A stretch of DNA of 64,000 nucleotides, taken from Candidatus Methylomirabilota bacterium. GTDB taxonomy: Bacteria > Methylomirabilota > Methylomirabilia > Methylomirabilales > CSP1-5. Under the pieces are notes generated by a model. The model was not told where the DNA came from. It saw only the letters and a list, made by a program, of their open reading frames with translations, and ran no database searches. Position 1 is the first letter of the stretch, and each line of letters starts with the position of its first letter. The stretch is from the NCBI GenBank assembly GCA_019456075.1, contig VRUN01000002.1:1418-65417 (forward strand), given 5' to 3'. Below are positions 45,709 through 55,553 of this stretch, piece after piece. The position numbers and the translations under genes were made by a program.

Positions 45709-47292
45709 ATGTCAAGCACGTTTGACCCAGAAGCCCCCCCGCACCATTTGGCTGCGGCCGCCTCGGTGGTGAGCGGGGCGACGTTCGTCAGCCGGGTTCT
45801 GGGATATGTGCGCGACATGCTTATTGCCCACACCTTTGGGGCGGGACTAGCTGCGGACGCGTTTTTTGTGGCCTTTCGCATTCCGAATATGGCCCGAGAA
45901 CTCTTTGGAGAGGGGGCCCTCTCCGCGGCCTTCATCCCGGTTTTCACCGAGACCCTCACACAACAGGGGCGACCGTCGGCCTTCCGACTGGCTGCGACGA
46001 CCTTTTGGTCACTAGCCTTGATGCTGTCCGTGGTGTGCGCTATCGGGATCTGGGGGGCACCGCTCTTGGTCCGTCTCATTGCACCGGGCTTCGGAGCTGA
46101 TCCGGAAAAGCTGGCCCTGACGATTGGTCTTACTCGGACGATGTTTCCGTACCTTTTCCTCATAGGGCTCACCGCCCTCATGATGGGGATTTTGAACTCC
46201 CTCGGCCACTTTGCCGCTCCGGCCTTCTCTCCGGCCCTTCTCAATACCGTAATGATCTTGAGCATCCTCTTCCTCAGTCCGCACCTTGAGGAGCCCATCT
46301 ATGCTTTAGCATACGGGGTGTTAGGGGGAGGCCTTCTCCAAGTGCTCGCCCAGTTTCCACCCGCCGTGCGCCGAGGGGTGACCCTGACGCAACCGGGGGG
46401 GTGGAGGGACCCGGCCTTGGGCCGGATTGGAAGGTTAATGGTCCCGGGCGTAGCCGGGCTCGCCATCACCCAGATCAATGTATTTATTACGACCCTTTTG
46501 GCCTCCTTCCTAGTCCAGGGGTCGATCTCGTACCTGTATTACGCCTTCCGCCTCGTCCATCTGCCCATCGGCTTAGTCGGGGTGGCTGTGGCGACGGTTG
46601 CCTTCCCTGCCATGGCCGCCGCCGCCGCCCGGCAGTCACCAGAGGACCTGAGGAATACCCTGGTCTTCGCCCTCCGCGTAACCTTCTTCCTCACGATACC
46701 AGCCCTCGTGGGGCTGGTCATTTATCGAAACACCATTATCCACCTTCTCTTTGAGCGGGGCGCGTTCACGAGCGCCATGACGGCCGCCACCGCCTCAGTC
46801 CTGCTTGGATACTGCCTCGGACTCTGCTTTTTTGTGGCAAATCGGGTTCTGGTCCCGGCGTTCCACGCTTTTCAGGACACGGTGACCCCTGCAAAGGCTG
46901 GCGCGATCGCCGTCGCGAGCAACATCTGCTTCAGTCTCCTACTGATGCAGCCGCTCGGGGCGGCGGGACTCGCCATCGCAACCTCCCTCGCCTCCCTCGT
47001 CAACTTCTCCCTTTTGGTCGTCTATCTCAAAAAGCATCTTGGACCGTTTCCGCGGCAGATGCCCGTAAAGCCGTTGCAAAAAACGGTTTTCGCAGGACTC
47101 TGCATGGCCGGGACGTTAATCATTCTCCAAGGTCTGCTGCCACCCCTGGAGGGTCGCGGCTTCGTTGTCGGGCTCGCGGGGTTTCTCGGAGAGCTCGGGA
47201 TCGGGACGGCGGTCTTTTTGGGGGTGGCCGCCTTCCTCGGCTGTGACGAGCTACGGCTCCTTCGAGGGCTTTTTCAAAGGCGGTTAACCTAA
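45709..47292 (+). CDS. murJ: Lipid II flippase MurJ (MviN)
   Basis: 527 aa with about 14 TM segments and the N-terminal pattern VSGATFVSRVLGYVRD. Confidence 0.9.
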   Translation: MSSTFDPEAPPHHLAAAASVVSGATFVSRVLGYVRDMLIAHTFGAGLAADAFFVAFRIPNMARELFGEGALSAAFIPVFTETLTQQGRPSAFRLAATTFWSLALMLSVVCAIGIWGAPLLVRLIAPGFGADPEKLALTIGLTRTMFPYLFLIGLTALMMGILNSLGHFAAPAFSPALLNTVMILSILFLSPHLEEPIYALAYGVLGGGLLQVLAQFPPAVRRGVTLTQPGGWRDPALGRIGRLMVPGVAGLAITQINVFITTLLASFLVQGSISYLYYAFRLVHLPIGLVGVAVATVAFPAMAAAAARQSPEDLRNTLVFALRVTFFLTIPALVGLVIYRNTIIHLLFERGAFTSAMTAATASVLLGYCLGLCFFVANRVLVPAFHAFQDTVTPAKAGAIAVASNICFSLLLMQPLGAAGLAIATSLASLVNFSLLVVYLKKHLGPFPRQMPVKPLQKTVFAGLCMAGTLIILQGLLPPLEGRGFVVGLAGFLGELGIGTAVFLGVAAFLGCDELRLLRGLFQRRLT

Positions 47293-47304
47293 AACAGATT
47301 TTTA

Positions 47305-47334
47305 TTGACAGGGAGGGGAGAAGAGAGCTATTTT
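47305..47334 (+). promoter_or_regulatory. Candidate sigma70-type promoter upstream of the TPP-enzyme/ilv cluster
   Basis: TTGACA (47305-10), an 18-nt spacer, then TATTTT (47329-34), followed by an untranslated leader of about 120 nt. Confidence 0.35.
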
Positions 47335-47455
47335 ATTCGCCACTTTTCGTCATGCCCGCGGTTGGCCCTCGGCCTTTAGAAACGGGAATGTCTGATACTT
47401 TGTTTGAGCGCACGAAGGGCAATGTGACGTTTACTCTGTAAGCGAGGGGAGAACT

Positions 47456-49222
47456 ATGAGCATTGAAGCAGGAAGTCCTGGCCTCGGGAAGGACGTCGGA
47501 AACTTTGCGTTGATCGACACCCTGAATCAATGGGGGATTACCCATTATAGCGGGGTGAATGGGGGAGGGATTATCCACGTTACCAAGTATTTAGAGCCGC
47601 TCACCCACCCGTCACAAATCACGGATGGCGTTCCCCGGTTTCTCACTATGGGGGAATATGCGTCGGGCTTTATGCCCTTGGGGTATTACCTCGCCTCTGG
47701 CCGGGTTGCCTGCTCCATCACCACGACCGGTGCCGCAACGAAGCTCGGCTCCAGCGGGATCACCGACGCAAAACTGCACAACATCCCCTCCCTGTATATC
47801 CTTGCCCTGAATTCCATAATGTCGATCGGGAATGCCCCCTTACAGGATGTGTCACATTACGGGATGAACATTGTCCCCCAACTGCAAGCCGAGGTGGGGG
47901 ATGGCTGCATCGTCATCGACGACATCAACCGACTCGAACAGGACCTCGACAAGGCCCAGCGCATGCTTCACGATTGGCGCCCCGTGGTCATTGCGTTCCA
48001 TCCGGACATCCTGTCGAAAGAAATTGAGGTGCATGTTCCCAAAAGAGAGAGGGCGCGTACTCTCAACAATCAGGACGTGGAGGTCTTCCTTAAGGAGTTC
48101 CCGACGATGGCAAAGGGACGCCGGGTGATTATTTACGTCGGCGAGGAGGCAGCCTTCTGTCCAAACATCGAGAAGCTTTCGACAGAATTGTCCGAACTCC
48201 TCCAAGCTCCCACCATCTGGTCGATCAATGGGGCCAACGCTGTTTCGGGCAAAAACCCTTACAGCTACGGGTACATTCTGTTCGGCGGCAATGACAAGGC
48301 AATGGAGCTGTGGCGGAGCATCAATCAGGACGATATCGTGATCACCCTCGGTTTCTGCCCCGGGGAGTATTCGATCAACCTGGAGAGCATTCGCGCGAAG
48401 TGCACGTGGCACTTTGGTGCGTACCCGTATGGCTACGGCCAAGTGAACGGGGATTTTCGACACCGGTGTCTGGGAGACTACAAGCAGGTCCGTGGCGATA
48501 TCGGGCTGGCACTCGAGGCGGTCCTGCCTCACCTGAAGGCTATAGGCGTGGGGAAGGACAGGCCGAAGGTCGAGCAGTTGGAAGATCTGAACTTCCGTGA
48601 GGTCTGGCGGGACGTCCGCAAGGACTGTGTGGACTTCATGGCCTTTTACGAGGAGTTGCCGAAACACTGGCAACCACACAGTATTGGATTCGATGACGTC
48701 TGCCTCTCCTATAAGGATCGGCAGTATGTCACCCAGCGACAACACCCGAATATCAAATTCTGGACGCCGCATCATGGCTCGGCCATGGGCGGGTCATTCG
48801 GCATGGGCGTTGGGGCCAAGCTGGCTGATCCCACACTCCACACCTTCATGTTCTCCGGAGATGGATGCTGGCGGCTCTTTGGGGGGTGCTTGGCCGACGC
48901 GGCCAACCTGGACCTCCGCTTGTTCATTATCAACAATGGGACTTACGGGATCGTCGACAAGGGGCTCGAGGTTATCATCCCGACCGTCGAAAAACCCCGC
49001 TACCATTCCAAGTTGCCGAGTATCGATTTTGTCGCGGCGGCCAAGGCCCACGGCTGGGATGGCTTCTATCTGAAACCGGACCTCAGCAACATGAAAGAGA
49101 TCATGGATGCCTGCTACACGTCCTCGGGCAGATCAATTCTGGTTGATGTCCCGATGGACACCGAGCAAGTGGTGGGCCTGAACGCTCGGCTGCTCAACCT
49201 GACGGCACAAGCCTATCTCTAA
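47456..49222 (+). CDS. Thiamine-diphosphate-dependent enzyme, divergent AHAS/pyruvate-oxidase-superfamily paralog (specificity unknown)
   Basis: 588 aa. The Pyr domain retains a Glu (TMGEYASGF) and has TTTGAATKLGSSG. The PP domain has GDG...NN (FSGDGCWRL...FIINNGTYG). It is too divergent from IlvB/IlvG to assign a function. Confidence 0.7.
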   Translation: MSIEAGSPGLGKDVGNFALIDTLNQWGITHYSGVNGGGIIHVTKYLEPLTHPSQITDGVPRFLTMGEYASGFMPLGYYLASGRVACSITTTGAATKLGSSGITDAKLHNIPSLYILALNSIMSIGNAPLQDVSHYGMNIVPQLQAEVGDGCIVIDDINRLEQDLDKAQRMLHDWRPVVIAFHPDILSKEIEVHVPKRERARTLNNQDVEVFLKEFPTMAKGRRVIIYVGEEAAFCPNIEKLSTELSELLQAPTIWSINGANAVSGKNPYSYGYILFGGNDKAMELWRSINQDDIVITLGFCPGEYSINLESIRAKCTWHFGAYPYGYGQVNGDFRHRCLGDYKQVRGDIGLALEAVLPHLKAIGVGKDRPKVEQLEDLNFREVWRDVRKDCVDFMAFYEELPKHWQPHSIGFDDVCLSYKDRQYVTQRQHPNIKFWTPHHGSAMGGSFGMGVGAKLADPTLHTFMFSGDGCWRLFGGCLADAANLDLRLFIINNGTYGIVDKGLEVIIPTVEKPRYHSKLPSIDFVAAAKAHGWDGFYLKPDLSNMKEIMDACYTSSGRSILVDVPMDTEQVVGLNARLLNLTAQAYL

Positions 49223-49291
49223 CCCTCACTGGTTAACCGGTTGGGTCAGGCCGGATCACCCGGAGTGCGACTGCAGTAGGAAGGGGAGACC

Positions 49292-51022
49292 TTGAAGTTT
49301 ACCGGTTCGGAGATCCTGGTGAAATCTCTGCTAGAGGAGGGGGTAACCACGATCTTCGGCCAACCGGGTGACGTGTTCCTCCACGGGCCTGACGCCCACA
49401 GAGATCCCCCATTCAAACACATTCGCTGTCGCCACGGGCAGGTGGCCACCCATGCGGCCGAGGGGTACTACAAGGCGACTGGGAGGACCGGGACGGTCGT
49501 GGTCAGCTCGGGTTCAGCGGCCACGAATTGTGTGACAGCCATCACCGATGCCCTGATGGACTCGATGGCCATTGTGGTGCTCAATGGACACGATCCTACA
49601 GCCATCATGGGTTGTGATACTTCCCAAGAGGCGGATGTCGTGGGGACCACCCGGTCCTGCACCAAGCACAATTTATTGACCCTGAAAGCCGATCACATTC
49701 CTCGCGTCATCAAAGAGGCGTATTTTATTGCCCGCTCTGGTCGGCCGGGCCCGGTTCTGGTGGACCTTCCGCAGGATGTCATGACGGGCCGAGCCGAGTT
49801 CAAGGGGTATCCCAAGTCTGTGTCCATTCGGGGCTACAATCCCCAGGTCAACGGCCACCCCGGGCAGATCAAGAAGGCGGCCGATCTCATCGCCCACGCC
49901 AAGCGCCCCGTGATTTACGGAGGCGGAGGCATTATTCACTCGGACGCCTCTGAAGAATTTTGCGAGCTGGTAGACATCACACAGATCCCGACCACCTTGA
50001 CCCTCATGGGGCTCGGCGCTCTGCCCACCGATCACCCACTTTGGTTGGGCATGCCTGGGATGTACGGGATCTTTTGCGCCAACAAGTGTATGATCAACTG
50101 CGACCTGATGATCGCCATTGGGTCGCGTTTCGATGATCGGGTCACGGGAAAACTCGCCGACTTCGGCAAGCAATGCAAGGTCATCCATGTGGATATCGAC
50201 CCGACGTCGATCCAGAAGAACGTCAAGGTGGACATCCCGATTGTTGGCGATGTGAAGTCTGTGCTTCGAGACCTCAACAAAGAGCTACGGAAGATAGAGC
50301 GGAACTGGGCAACGGAATTCAAGGATTGGTATGCGCAAATCGAAGCCTGGAGGAAACAGCATCCCGTCCGCTACGAGCAAAAGGAGGGCACAACGAAGCC
50401 CCAGTACGCTGTCGATATGATCCTTCGTTTGACGGAGGACTACGACCCGATCATCTCTACCGGGGTAGGACAGCACCAGATATGGACAGCCCAGGTCTAT
50501 CGGGGACGCAAACCCCGCCGTTGGGTTACGTCGGGCGGCCTGGGGACCATGGGATACGGCTTTGCGGCCGCGCTGGGGGCCCAGGCGGCTTTTCCCAAAA
50601 GTTTGGTCGTGAACATTGAAGGCGACGGTGGCTTCCAGATGGCCATGTCAGATCTGTGCACTCTCGTGGAACACAATCTGCCACTCAAGACTTTTGTGAT
50701 CAACAACAAGGGTATGGGTATGGTCCGCCAATGGCAGCAGCACGTTTCCCCCCAGCGCGCGTCACACCCAGACCTGACGCATCAACCCGACTTTGTGAAA
50801 CTTGCGGAGGCCTGCGGTGTTGCGGGGATGCGGATTGAACGGCCGGACGAGGTCAAGGCGGGGATTGAAAAGGCTATCAATACTCCGGGGCCTGTCGTGG
50901 TGGATCTCGTGGTAGAACGAGAGGAACACTGCTTTCCGATAATCCCTGTGGGAACACCCTCCAAAGATGCAACTGATGCAGGAGGTGCGACTCCTGACAA
51001 GGTCCCTCAGGGGTGGCGTTGA
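49292..51022 (+). CDS. ilvB: Acetolactate synthase large-subunit-like protein with a non-canonical Pyr domain (catalytic Glu replaced by Gly)
   Basis: TTG start, 576 aa. The middle and PP domains are canonical (VGQHQIWTAQ, GGLGTMGYG, EGDGGFQM, INNKGMGMVRQWQ). RHEQ reads RHGQ (Gly49, ggg 49436-38), GPGATN reads GSAATN, FQE reads SQE, and GMHG reads GMYG. ilvN and ilvC follow. Confidence 0.8.
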   Translation: MKFTGSEILVKSLLEEGVTTIFGQPGDVFLHGPDAHRDPPFKHIRCRHGQVATHAAEGYYKATGRTGTVVVSSGSAATNCVTAITDALMDSMAIVVLNGHDPTAIMGCDTSQEADVVGTTRSCTKHNLLTLKADHIPRVIKEAYFIARSGRPGPVLVDLPQDVMTGRAEFKGYPKSVSIRGYNPQVNGHPGQIKKAADLIAHAKRPVIYGGGGIIHSDASEEFCELVDITQIPTTLTLMGLGALPTDHPLWLGMPGMYGIFCANKCMINCDLMIAIGSRFDDRVTGKLADFGKQCKVIHVDIDPTSIQKNVKVDIPIVGDVKSVLRDLNKELRKIERNWATEFKDWYAQIEAWRKQHPVRYEQKEGTTKPQYAVDMILRLTEDYDPIISTGVGQHQIWTAQVYRGRKPRRWVTSGGLGTMGYGFAAALGAQAAFPKSLVVNIEGDGGFQMAMSDLCTLVEHNLPLKTFVINNKGMGMVRQWQQHVSPQRASHPDLTHQPDFVKLAEACGVAGMRIERPDEVKAGIEKAINTPGPVVVDLVVEREEHCFPIIPVGTPSKDATDAGGATPDKVPQGWR

Positions 51023-51082
51023 GGAGGTCACCCTACCGTCTGTCGTTCATGCTCCGCAGAGGGATATTCCAACGAGGATACG

Positions 51083-51658
51083 ATGAAGGAAGACACTTCC
51101 CGACGACGGCACATTCTCACTCTCTTAGTGGAGAACCGCATCGGCGTTCTGGCCAAGATTGCTGGCCTGATCGCAGCCAAGGGCTATAATATCGATAGTG
51201 TCTCCGTCGGGGAGACAATGGACAATTCGATTTCCCGGATTACCCTCGTAGTCCACGGGGATGATTGGGTCATGGAGCAGGTGCTTAAACAACTCAATCG
51301 GCTGATCGATGTGATTAAAGTTGTGGATATGACAGAGGAGGACTACATCGAGCGCGAAATGATCCTCGTTCGGGTGAACGCCGATCCTCCCGACCGGGCC
51401 GAGATCCTTCGAATTGCGGATATCTTTCGCGCCAAGGTGGTTGATCTGACGCACCGGACCTATACCTTGGAGGTAACCGGAGACGAAGATAAGATTCAGG
51501 CTCTGCTCGAACTGCTGCGGCCCTTTGGGATTAAGGAGCTGGTCCGAACCGGACGAATCGCCATCGGCCGGGCGAATAAGAGTCTACCCAGAAAGCTGGA
51601 ACGCGTGGCGGGAAATGATGAGGAGGTCGAAAAGAAGTCCACCGCGGCTGTGAAGTAA
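51083..51658 (+). CDS. ilvN: Acetolactate synthase small (regulatory) subunit
   Basis: ACT domain [36 protein letters not shown] and a C-terminal ALS_ss_C-like domain. Confidence 0.93.
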   Translation: MKEDTSRRRHILTLLVENRIGVLAKIAGLIAAKGYNIDSVSVGETMDNSISRITLVVHGDDWVMEQVLKQLNRLIDVIKVVDMTEEDYIEREMILVRVNADPPDRAEILRIADIFRAKVVDLTHRTYTLEVTGDEDKIQALLELLRPFGIKELVRTGRIAIGRANKSLPRKLERVAGNDEEVEKKSTAAVK

Positions 51659-51678
51659 CGGAAAGTGAGGGAAGGAAG

Positions 51679-52680
51679 ATGGCAAAGCTCTATTACGATA
51701 AAGACGCAGATCTCGCCCTCCTAAAAGGAAAAAACATTGCCATCATTGGGTACGGGAGCCAGGGCCATGCCCATGCCCTCAACCTGAAAGACGGGGGCTT
51801 CGATGTCGTGGTCGGGCTGTACCAAGGCTCAAAATCCTGGGACAAGGCCACAGCAGATGGGCTCAAAGTGATGACGGTGGACGAGGCGGCCTCGGCGGCC
51901 CACGTCATCATGATCCTGCTCCCCGACCAGCACCAGCGTCATGTCTATCTCGAGTCGATCCGGCAGGGCCTCACGCCTGGAAAGACCCTGATGTTCGCCC
52001 ACGGCTTTAACATCCATTTCCACCAAGTGCTACCCCCAAAGGATGTAGACGTCTCCATGGTGGCCCCCAAGGCGCCGGGACACATAATGCGGCGTATCTA
52101 CACGGAGGGATCCGGCGTCCCCGCACTGCTGGCCATCCATCAAGACTCGTCAGGGAAGGCAAAGGAGATGGGGTTGGCGTACGCCAAGGGAATTGGATGT
52201 ACACGGGCCGGGGTTCTCGAGACGACGTTCAGAGAGGAGACGGAGACCGACCTGTTCGGGGAACAGACGGTCCTGTGCGGCGGCCTCTCAGCCTTGATCA
52301 AGGCCGCGTATGAAACGCTGGTGGAAGCAGGGTACCAACCAGAACTGGCCTATTTCGAGTGCCTCCATGAAGTCAAGTTGATCGTGGATCTCTTTTACCA
52401 GGGGGGTCTCGCCTACATGCGGTACTCCGTGAGTGACACGGCCGAGTACGGCGATTACAGCCGAGGGCCCCGGGTAATCAACGAGGCCGTGCGGGCGGAG
52501 ATGAAGAAGATTCTGCAAGAGGTCCAGGATGGCACCTTCGCCAGGGAATGGATCTTGGAGAATCAAGCGGGTCGCCCCAGCTTCCTGGCGCTCCGCAAAA
52601 AGGACGCCGATCATCCTATCGAGGTCGTGGGAAGAGAGCTTCGTTCCATGATGACCTGGCTCCCGGGAGGGCCCAAATAG
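51679..52680 (+). CDS. ilvC: Ketol-acid reductoisomerase (class I)
   Basis: 333 aa with [15 protein letters not shown]. The sequence is canonical throughout. Confidence 0.97.
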   Translation: MAKLYYDKDADLALLKGKNIAIIGYGSQGHAHALNLKDGGFDVVVGLYQGSKSWDKATADGLKVMTVDEAASAAHVIMILLPDQHQRHVYLESIRQGLTPGKTLMFAHGFNIHFHQVLPPKDVDVSMVAPKAPGHIMRRIYTEGSGVPALLAIHQDSSGKAKEMGLAYAKGIGCTRAGVLETTFREETETDLFGEQTVLCGGLSALIKAAYETLVEAGYQPELAYFECLHEVKLIVDLFYQGGLAYMRYSVSDTAEYGDYSRGPRVINEAVRAEMKKILQEVQDGTFAREWILENQAGRPSFLALRKKDADHPIEVVGRELRSMMTWLPGGPK

Positions 52681-52712
52681 TTTGCCCCTCCAGGAACGTT
52701 TCACCTTGGGTC

Positions 52713-52744
52713 GCAAATGCCTCCGGATCTCCGGAGGCATTTGC
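52713..52744. other. Perfect 15-bp-arm palindrome downstream of ilvC (terminator-like hairpin without a U-tract)
   Basis: GCAAATGCCTCCGGA tc TCCGGAGGCATTTGC lies 33 nt after the ilvC stop. No T-run occurs on either side. Confidence 0.5.
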
Positions 52745-52787
52745 GCTTACCGCGTTCTCGCCGGACGTCGGATGACGCTGACTTGAC

Positions 52788-53234
52788 ATGAATTTTCCGC
52801 CTATGATAGAAGCCGTTCGACTTCGCGGGACAGGCCGGGGGCACCCCCCGGATGAGCGCGCACATCCGTGGCGCGTTGGGCAGAAGGGTGCGGTCAGGAC
52901 CCGTATCCTACTCCTCATTCTCGTCGGGGTTGTTACGGTTTACGTGGGGAGCCAGGTGGTATCCGCGTATGTGGAGTATCTAACGCTCTTTGAAACCGTT
53001 CAGCGGGTTGTGAGCGACATGGTGATTCCCCCCCGGCAGGGGGTGGAGGAGGGTAGGACCCGGATCCTGGCGGATGCCCGTGAATTGGGGATGTTTCTTT
53101 CCGATGACGAGGTGAGTATCACGGTGAGCGAAGAGAGCGTCGTGGTTCGCGTCAGATGGGAAAAGTCAATTGGTCTGTGGGAATTTACATACCCTTATCC
53201 CTTCGAGATCGAGGAGAAAAGACCCCTGCGTTGA
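52788..53234 (+). CDS. Hypothetical membrane-anchored protein
   Basis: One clear TM helix (ILLLILVGVVTVYVGSQVVSAYV) followed by a soluble domain of about 90 aa. The start is uncertain and no family is recognised. Confidence 0.45.
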   Translation: MNFPPMIEAVRLRGTGRGHPPDERAHPWRVGQKGAVRTRILLLILVGVVTVYVGSQVVSAYVEYLTLFETVQRVVSDMVIPPRQGVEEGRTRILADARELGMFLSDDEVSITVSEESVVVRVRWEKSIGLWEFTYPYPFEIEEKRPLR

Positions 53235-53242
53235 GTGACAGG

Positions 53243-54253
53243 ATGACATCTTCCGTCGACGTTTCGTCTCCCCAGGCGGCTCCTATCGCGCCCTCCTATG
53301 CCAACCCTCTTCCCTTTTTTGTTGCGCTAGTCGGTCCCACGGCAGTCGGAAAAAGTGCCATTGCGGTGGAACTGGCCAAAGCACTAGGGGGGGAGATCGT
53401 TGCCCTTGACTCCATGCAGGTCTACCGTCTTCTCGACATCGGCACCGCCAAGCCGAGTCAGGGACAGCAGCAAGGAATTTCTCACCACCTGTTGGACGTC
53501 GTAGACGCAGCAGACCCCTTCACAGCTGCCGATTACGGCCGGTTAGCCGGTCAGGTCCTCAGAGAAATCCATTCCCGGGGCCGCCTCCCCTTCGTGGTAG
53601 GAGGATCGGGTCTATACCTTCGGGCCCTGCGTGGGGAGATCTTTGCTGGCCCACGCGAAATCACGAGCATCCGGGCCCGTCTGGGACAAGAGGTGGAAAG
53701 GGGTGGCCCCGACGTGCTGCACGCGCGCCTCAATCGTCTGGATCCCCCGACCGCGGCCAGAATCCATTCCCGGGATTCCTTCCGTCTTATTCGAGCTCTC
53801 GAAATTATTGAAGCCACCGGCAAGCGGGTATCAGATCTCTGGGAGGCGCATCGCAAGGGGCTGGTGCAACCCCCCATCCTCTTCCTGGGGTTGCGACGAG
53901 ATCGGACCGTACTATACCGGCGGATCAACGACCGGGTGGACCGGATGCTCTCGTCTGGCCTTGTGGCAGAAGTCGAACGACTATTGGAGGCAGGCTATCC
54001 CTCGACCCTGAAGCCCTTTCGCAGCCACAACTATCGCCACATTGTGGCCTTTCTCTTGGGGCGGGAGGACCTCGAGGAGGCGGTAAGGCGAACCAAGCAG
54101 GACACACGTCGTTATGCCAAGCGTCAAATGACGTGGTTCCGCCGAGAAAAGGACATGACGTGGTTCGACCTTACGAACGCAGAGTCCGAGAGGATTACTG
54201 AGACCTTGATTGGTCACATCCAAGGGATTCGGGAGCGGTATGGAGCGGCTTAG
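53243..54253 (+). CDS. miaA: tRNA dimethylallyltransferase
   Basis: ORF 53156..54253; likely start is ATG 53243. It has P-loop GPTAVGKS and DSMQVYR. Confidence 0.9.
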   Translation: MTSSVDVSSPQAAPIAPSYANPLPFFVALVGPTAVGKSAIAVELAKALGGEIVALDSMQVYRLLDIGTAKPSQGQQQGISHHLLDVVDAADPFTAADYGRLAGQVLREIHSRGRLPFVVGGSGLYLRALRGEIFAGPREITSIRARLGQEVERGGPDVLHARLNRLDPPTAARIHSRDSFRLIRALEIIEATGKRVSDLWEAHRKGLVQPPILFLGLRRDRTVLYRRINDRVDRMLSSGLVAEVERLLEAGYPSTLKPFRSHNYRHIVAFLLGREDLEEAVRRTKQDTRRYAKRQMTWFRREKDMTWFDLTNAESERITETLIGHIQGIRERYGAA

Positions 54254-55553
54254 GATTCGCGGAGGAGCACGGGGACTTCGAGGGACCCTCATGGTGCCGG
54301 GCGACAAGTCCATCGCCCATCGCGCCATTATCCTGGGTGCCCTGGCTGACGGGCTCACCGAAATCTCCGGCTGTCCCAGGTCAGAGGATTGTCAGCGGAC
54401 CCTGGGAGCTATCCAAACCCTGGGGGTGGAAGTGGAAGGTTGGGAGGGAGAGTGTCTTCGGATCTACGGGAAAGGACTCCGCGGATTCCGGGAGGCAGCA
54501 GATGTGTTGGACTGCGGAAACTCTGGCACCACGATGCGCCTCCTTGCGGGCGTCCTGGCAGGCCAGCCTTTTCTCTCCGTCCTGACGGGAGATGCTTCCC
54601 TCAGGCGACGCCCTATGGATCGGATCATCATCCCCCTGAGACAGATGGGGGCGGAGATCCGGGGTCGAGCCCAAGACACACTTCCTCCTTTGGCCGTCCG
54701 CGGTGGGGGACTTCGAGGTGTGACCTACCGGAGCCCGGTCCCTTCCGCGCAGGTGAAATCTGCAGTCCTCCTGGCCGGTCTCTTCGCCGACGGCCCCACA
54801 ACCGTCATCGAACCGGTCACCTCACGGGATCATACCGAGCGAATGCTCGAAGCGTGTGGCCAACGCGTAGAACGTGGGGAGCGGAAGGTCACCGTGATGC
54901 CCTCAGGATCCCTCCAACCTAATAAGATCTCCGTTCCCGGAGACTTCTCCTCAGCCGCCTTCTTTGTCGTGGCCGGCCTCATCCTTCCCGACTCTGACCT
55001 CACCCTCGAGGGAGTCGGGGTGAATCCGACGCGGACAGGCCTCTTAGAGGTTCTCCAGGCGATGGGAGGCGCAATCCAGGTTCTGCCGATGGACGAGAGT
55101 GTTGGGGAACCGAGAGCACGTCTGCAGATCCGATCGAGTCGGCTCCGGGGAGTGAGCATCGGGGGAGACCTTGTTCCACGGCTGATTGACGAGATCCCCG
55201 TGCTGGCGGTGGCCGCCGCGTGTGCCGAGGGAAAGACCGTCATCCGGGACGCCGCCGAGCTCAGGGTCAAGGAATCGGATCGTATCCGGACGATTGCGGT
55301 AGAGCTGAGCCGCATGGGAGTTCGTACGGAAGAACTTCCGGATGGCCTCATCATCCATGGTGGACACGGCCTTCGGGGGGCCGGGTGTGGGAGCTACGGG
55401 GACCACCGGGTGGCCATGGCCCTGACAGTGGCGGGTCTCAGGGCCGACGGCGAGACCACGGTATTGGACACGGGGTGCATCCGTACGTCATTCCCCGGGT
55501 TTGTCGAAACGCTCCAGCAGTTCGTCCCCGACTCTGTGGAACAGGAGGAATGA
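54240..55553 (+). CDS. aroA: 3-phosphoshikimate 1-carboxyvinyltransferase (EPSP synthase)
   Basis: ORF 54210..55553; likely start is ATG 54240 (MERLRIRGG...VPGDKSIAHRA). It has CGNSGTTMRLL. Confidence 0.93.
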   Translation: MERLRIRGGARGLRGTLMVPGDKSIAHRAIILGALADGLTEISGCPRSEDCQRTLGAIQTLGVEVEGWEGECLRIYGKGLRGFREAADVLDCGNSGTTMRLLAGVLAGQPFLSVLTGDASLRRRPMDRIIIPLRQMGAEIRGRAQDTLPPLAVRGGGLRGVTYRSPVPSAQVKSAVLLAGLFADGPTTVIEPVTSRDHTERMLEACGQRVERGERKVTVMPSGSLQPNKISVPGDFSSAAFFVVAGLILPDSDLTLEGVGVNPTRTGLLEVLQAMGGAIQVLPMDESVGEPRARLQIRSSRLRGVSIGGDLVPRLIDEIPVLAVAAACAEGKTVIRDAAELRVKESDRIRTIAVELSRMGVRTEELPDGLIIHGGHGLRGAGCGSYGDHRVAMALTVAGLRADGETTVLDTGCIRTSFPGFVETLQQFVPDSVEQEE

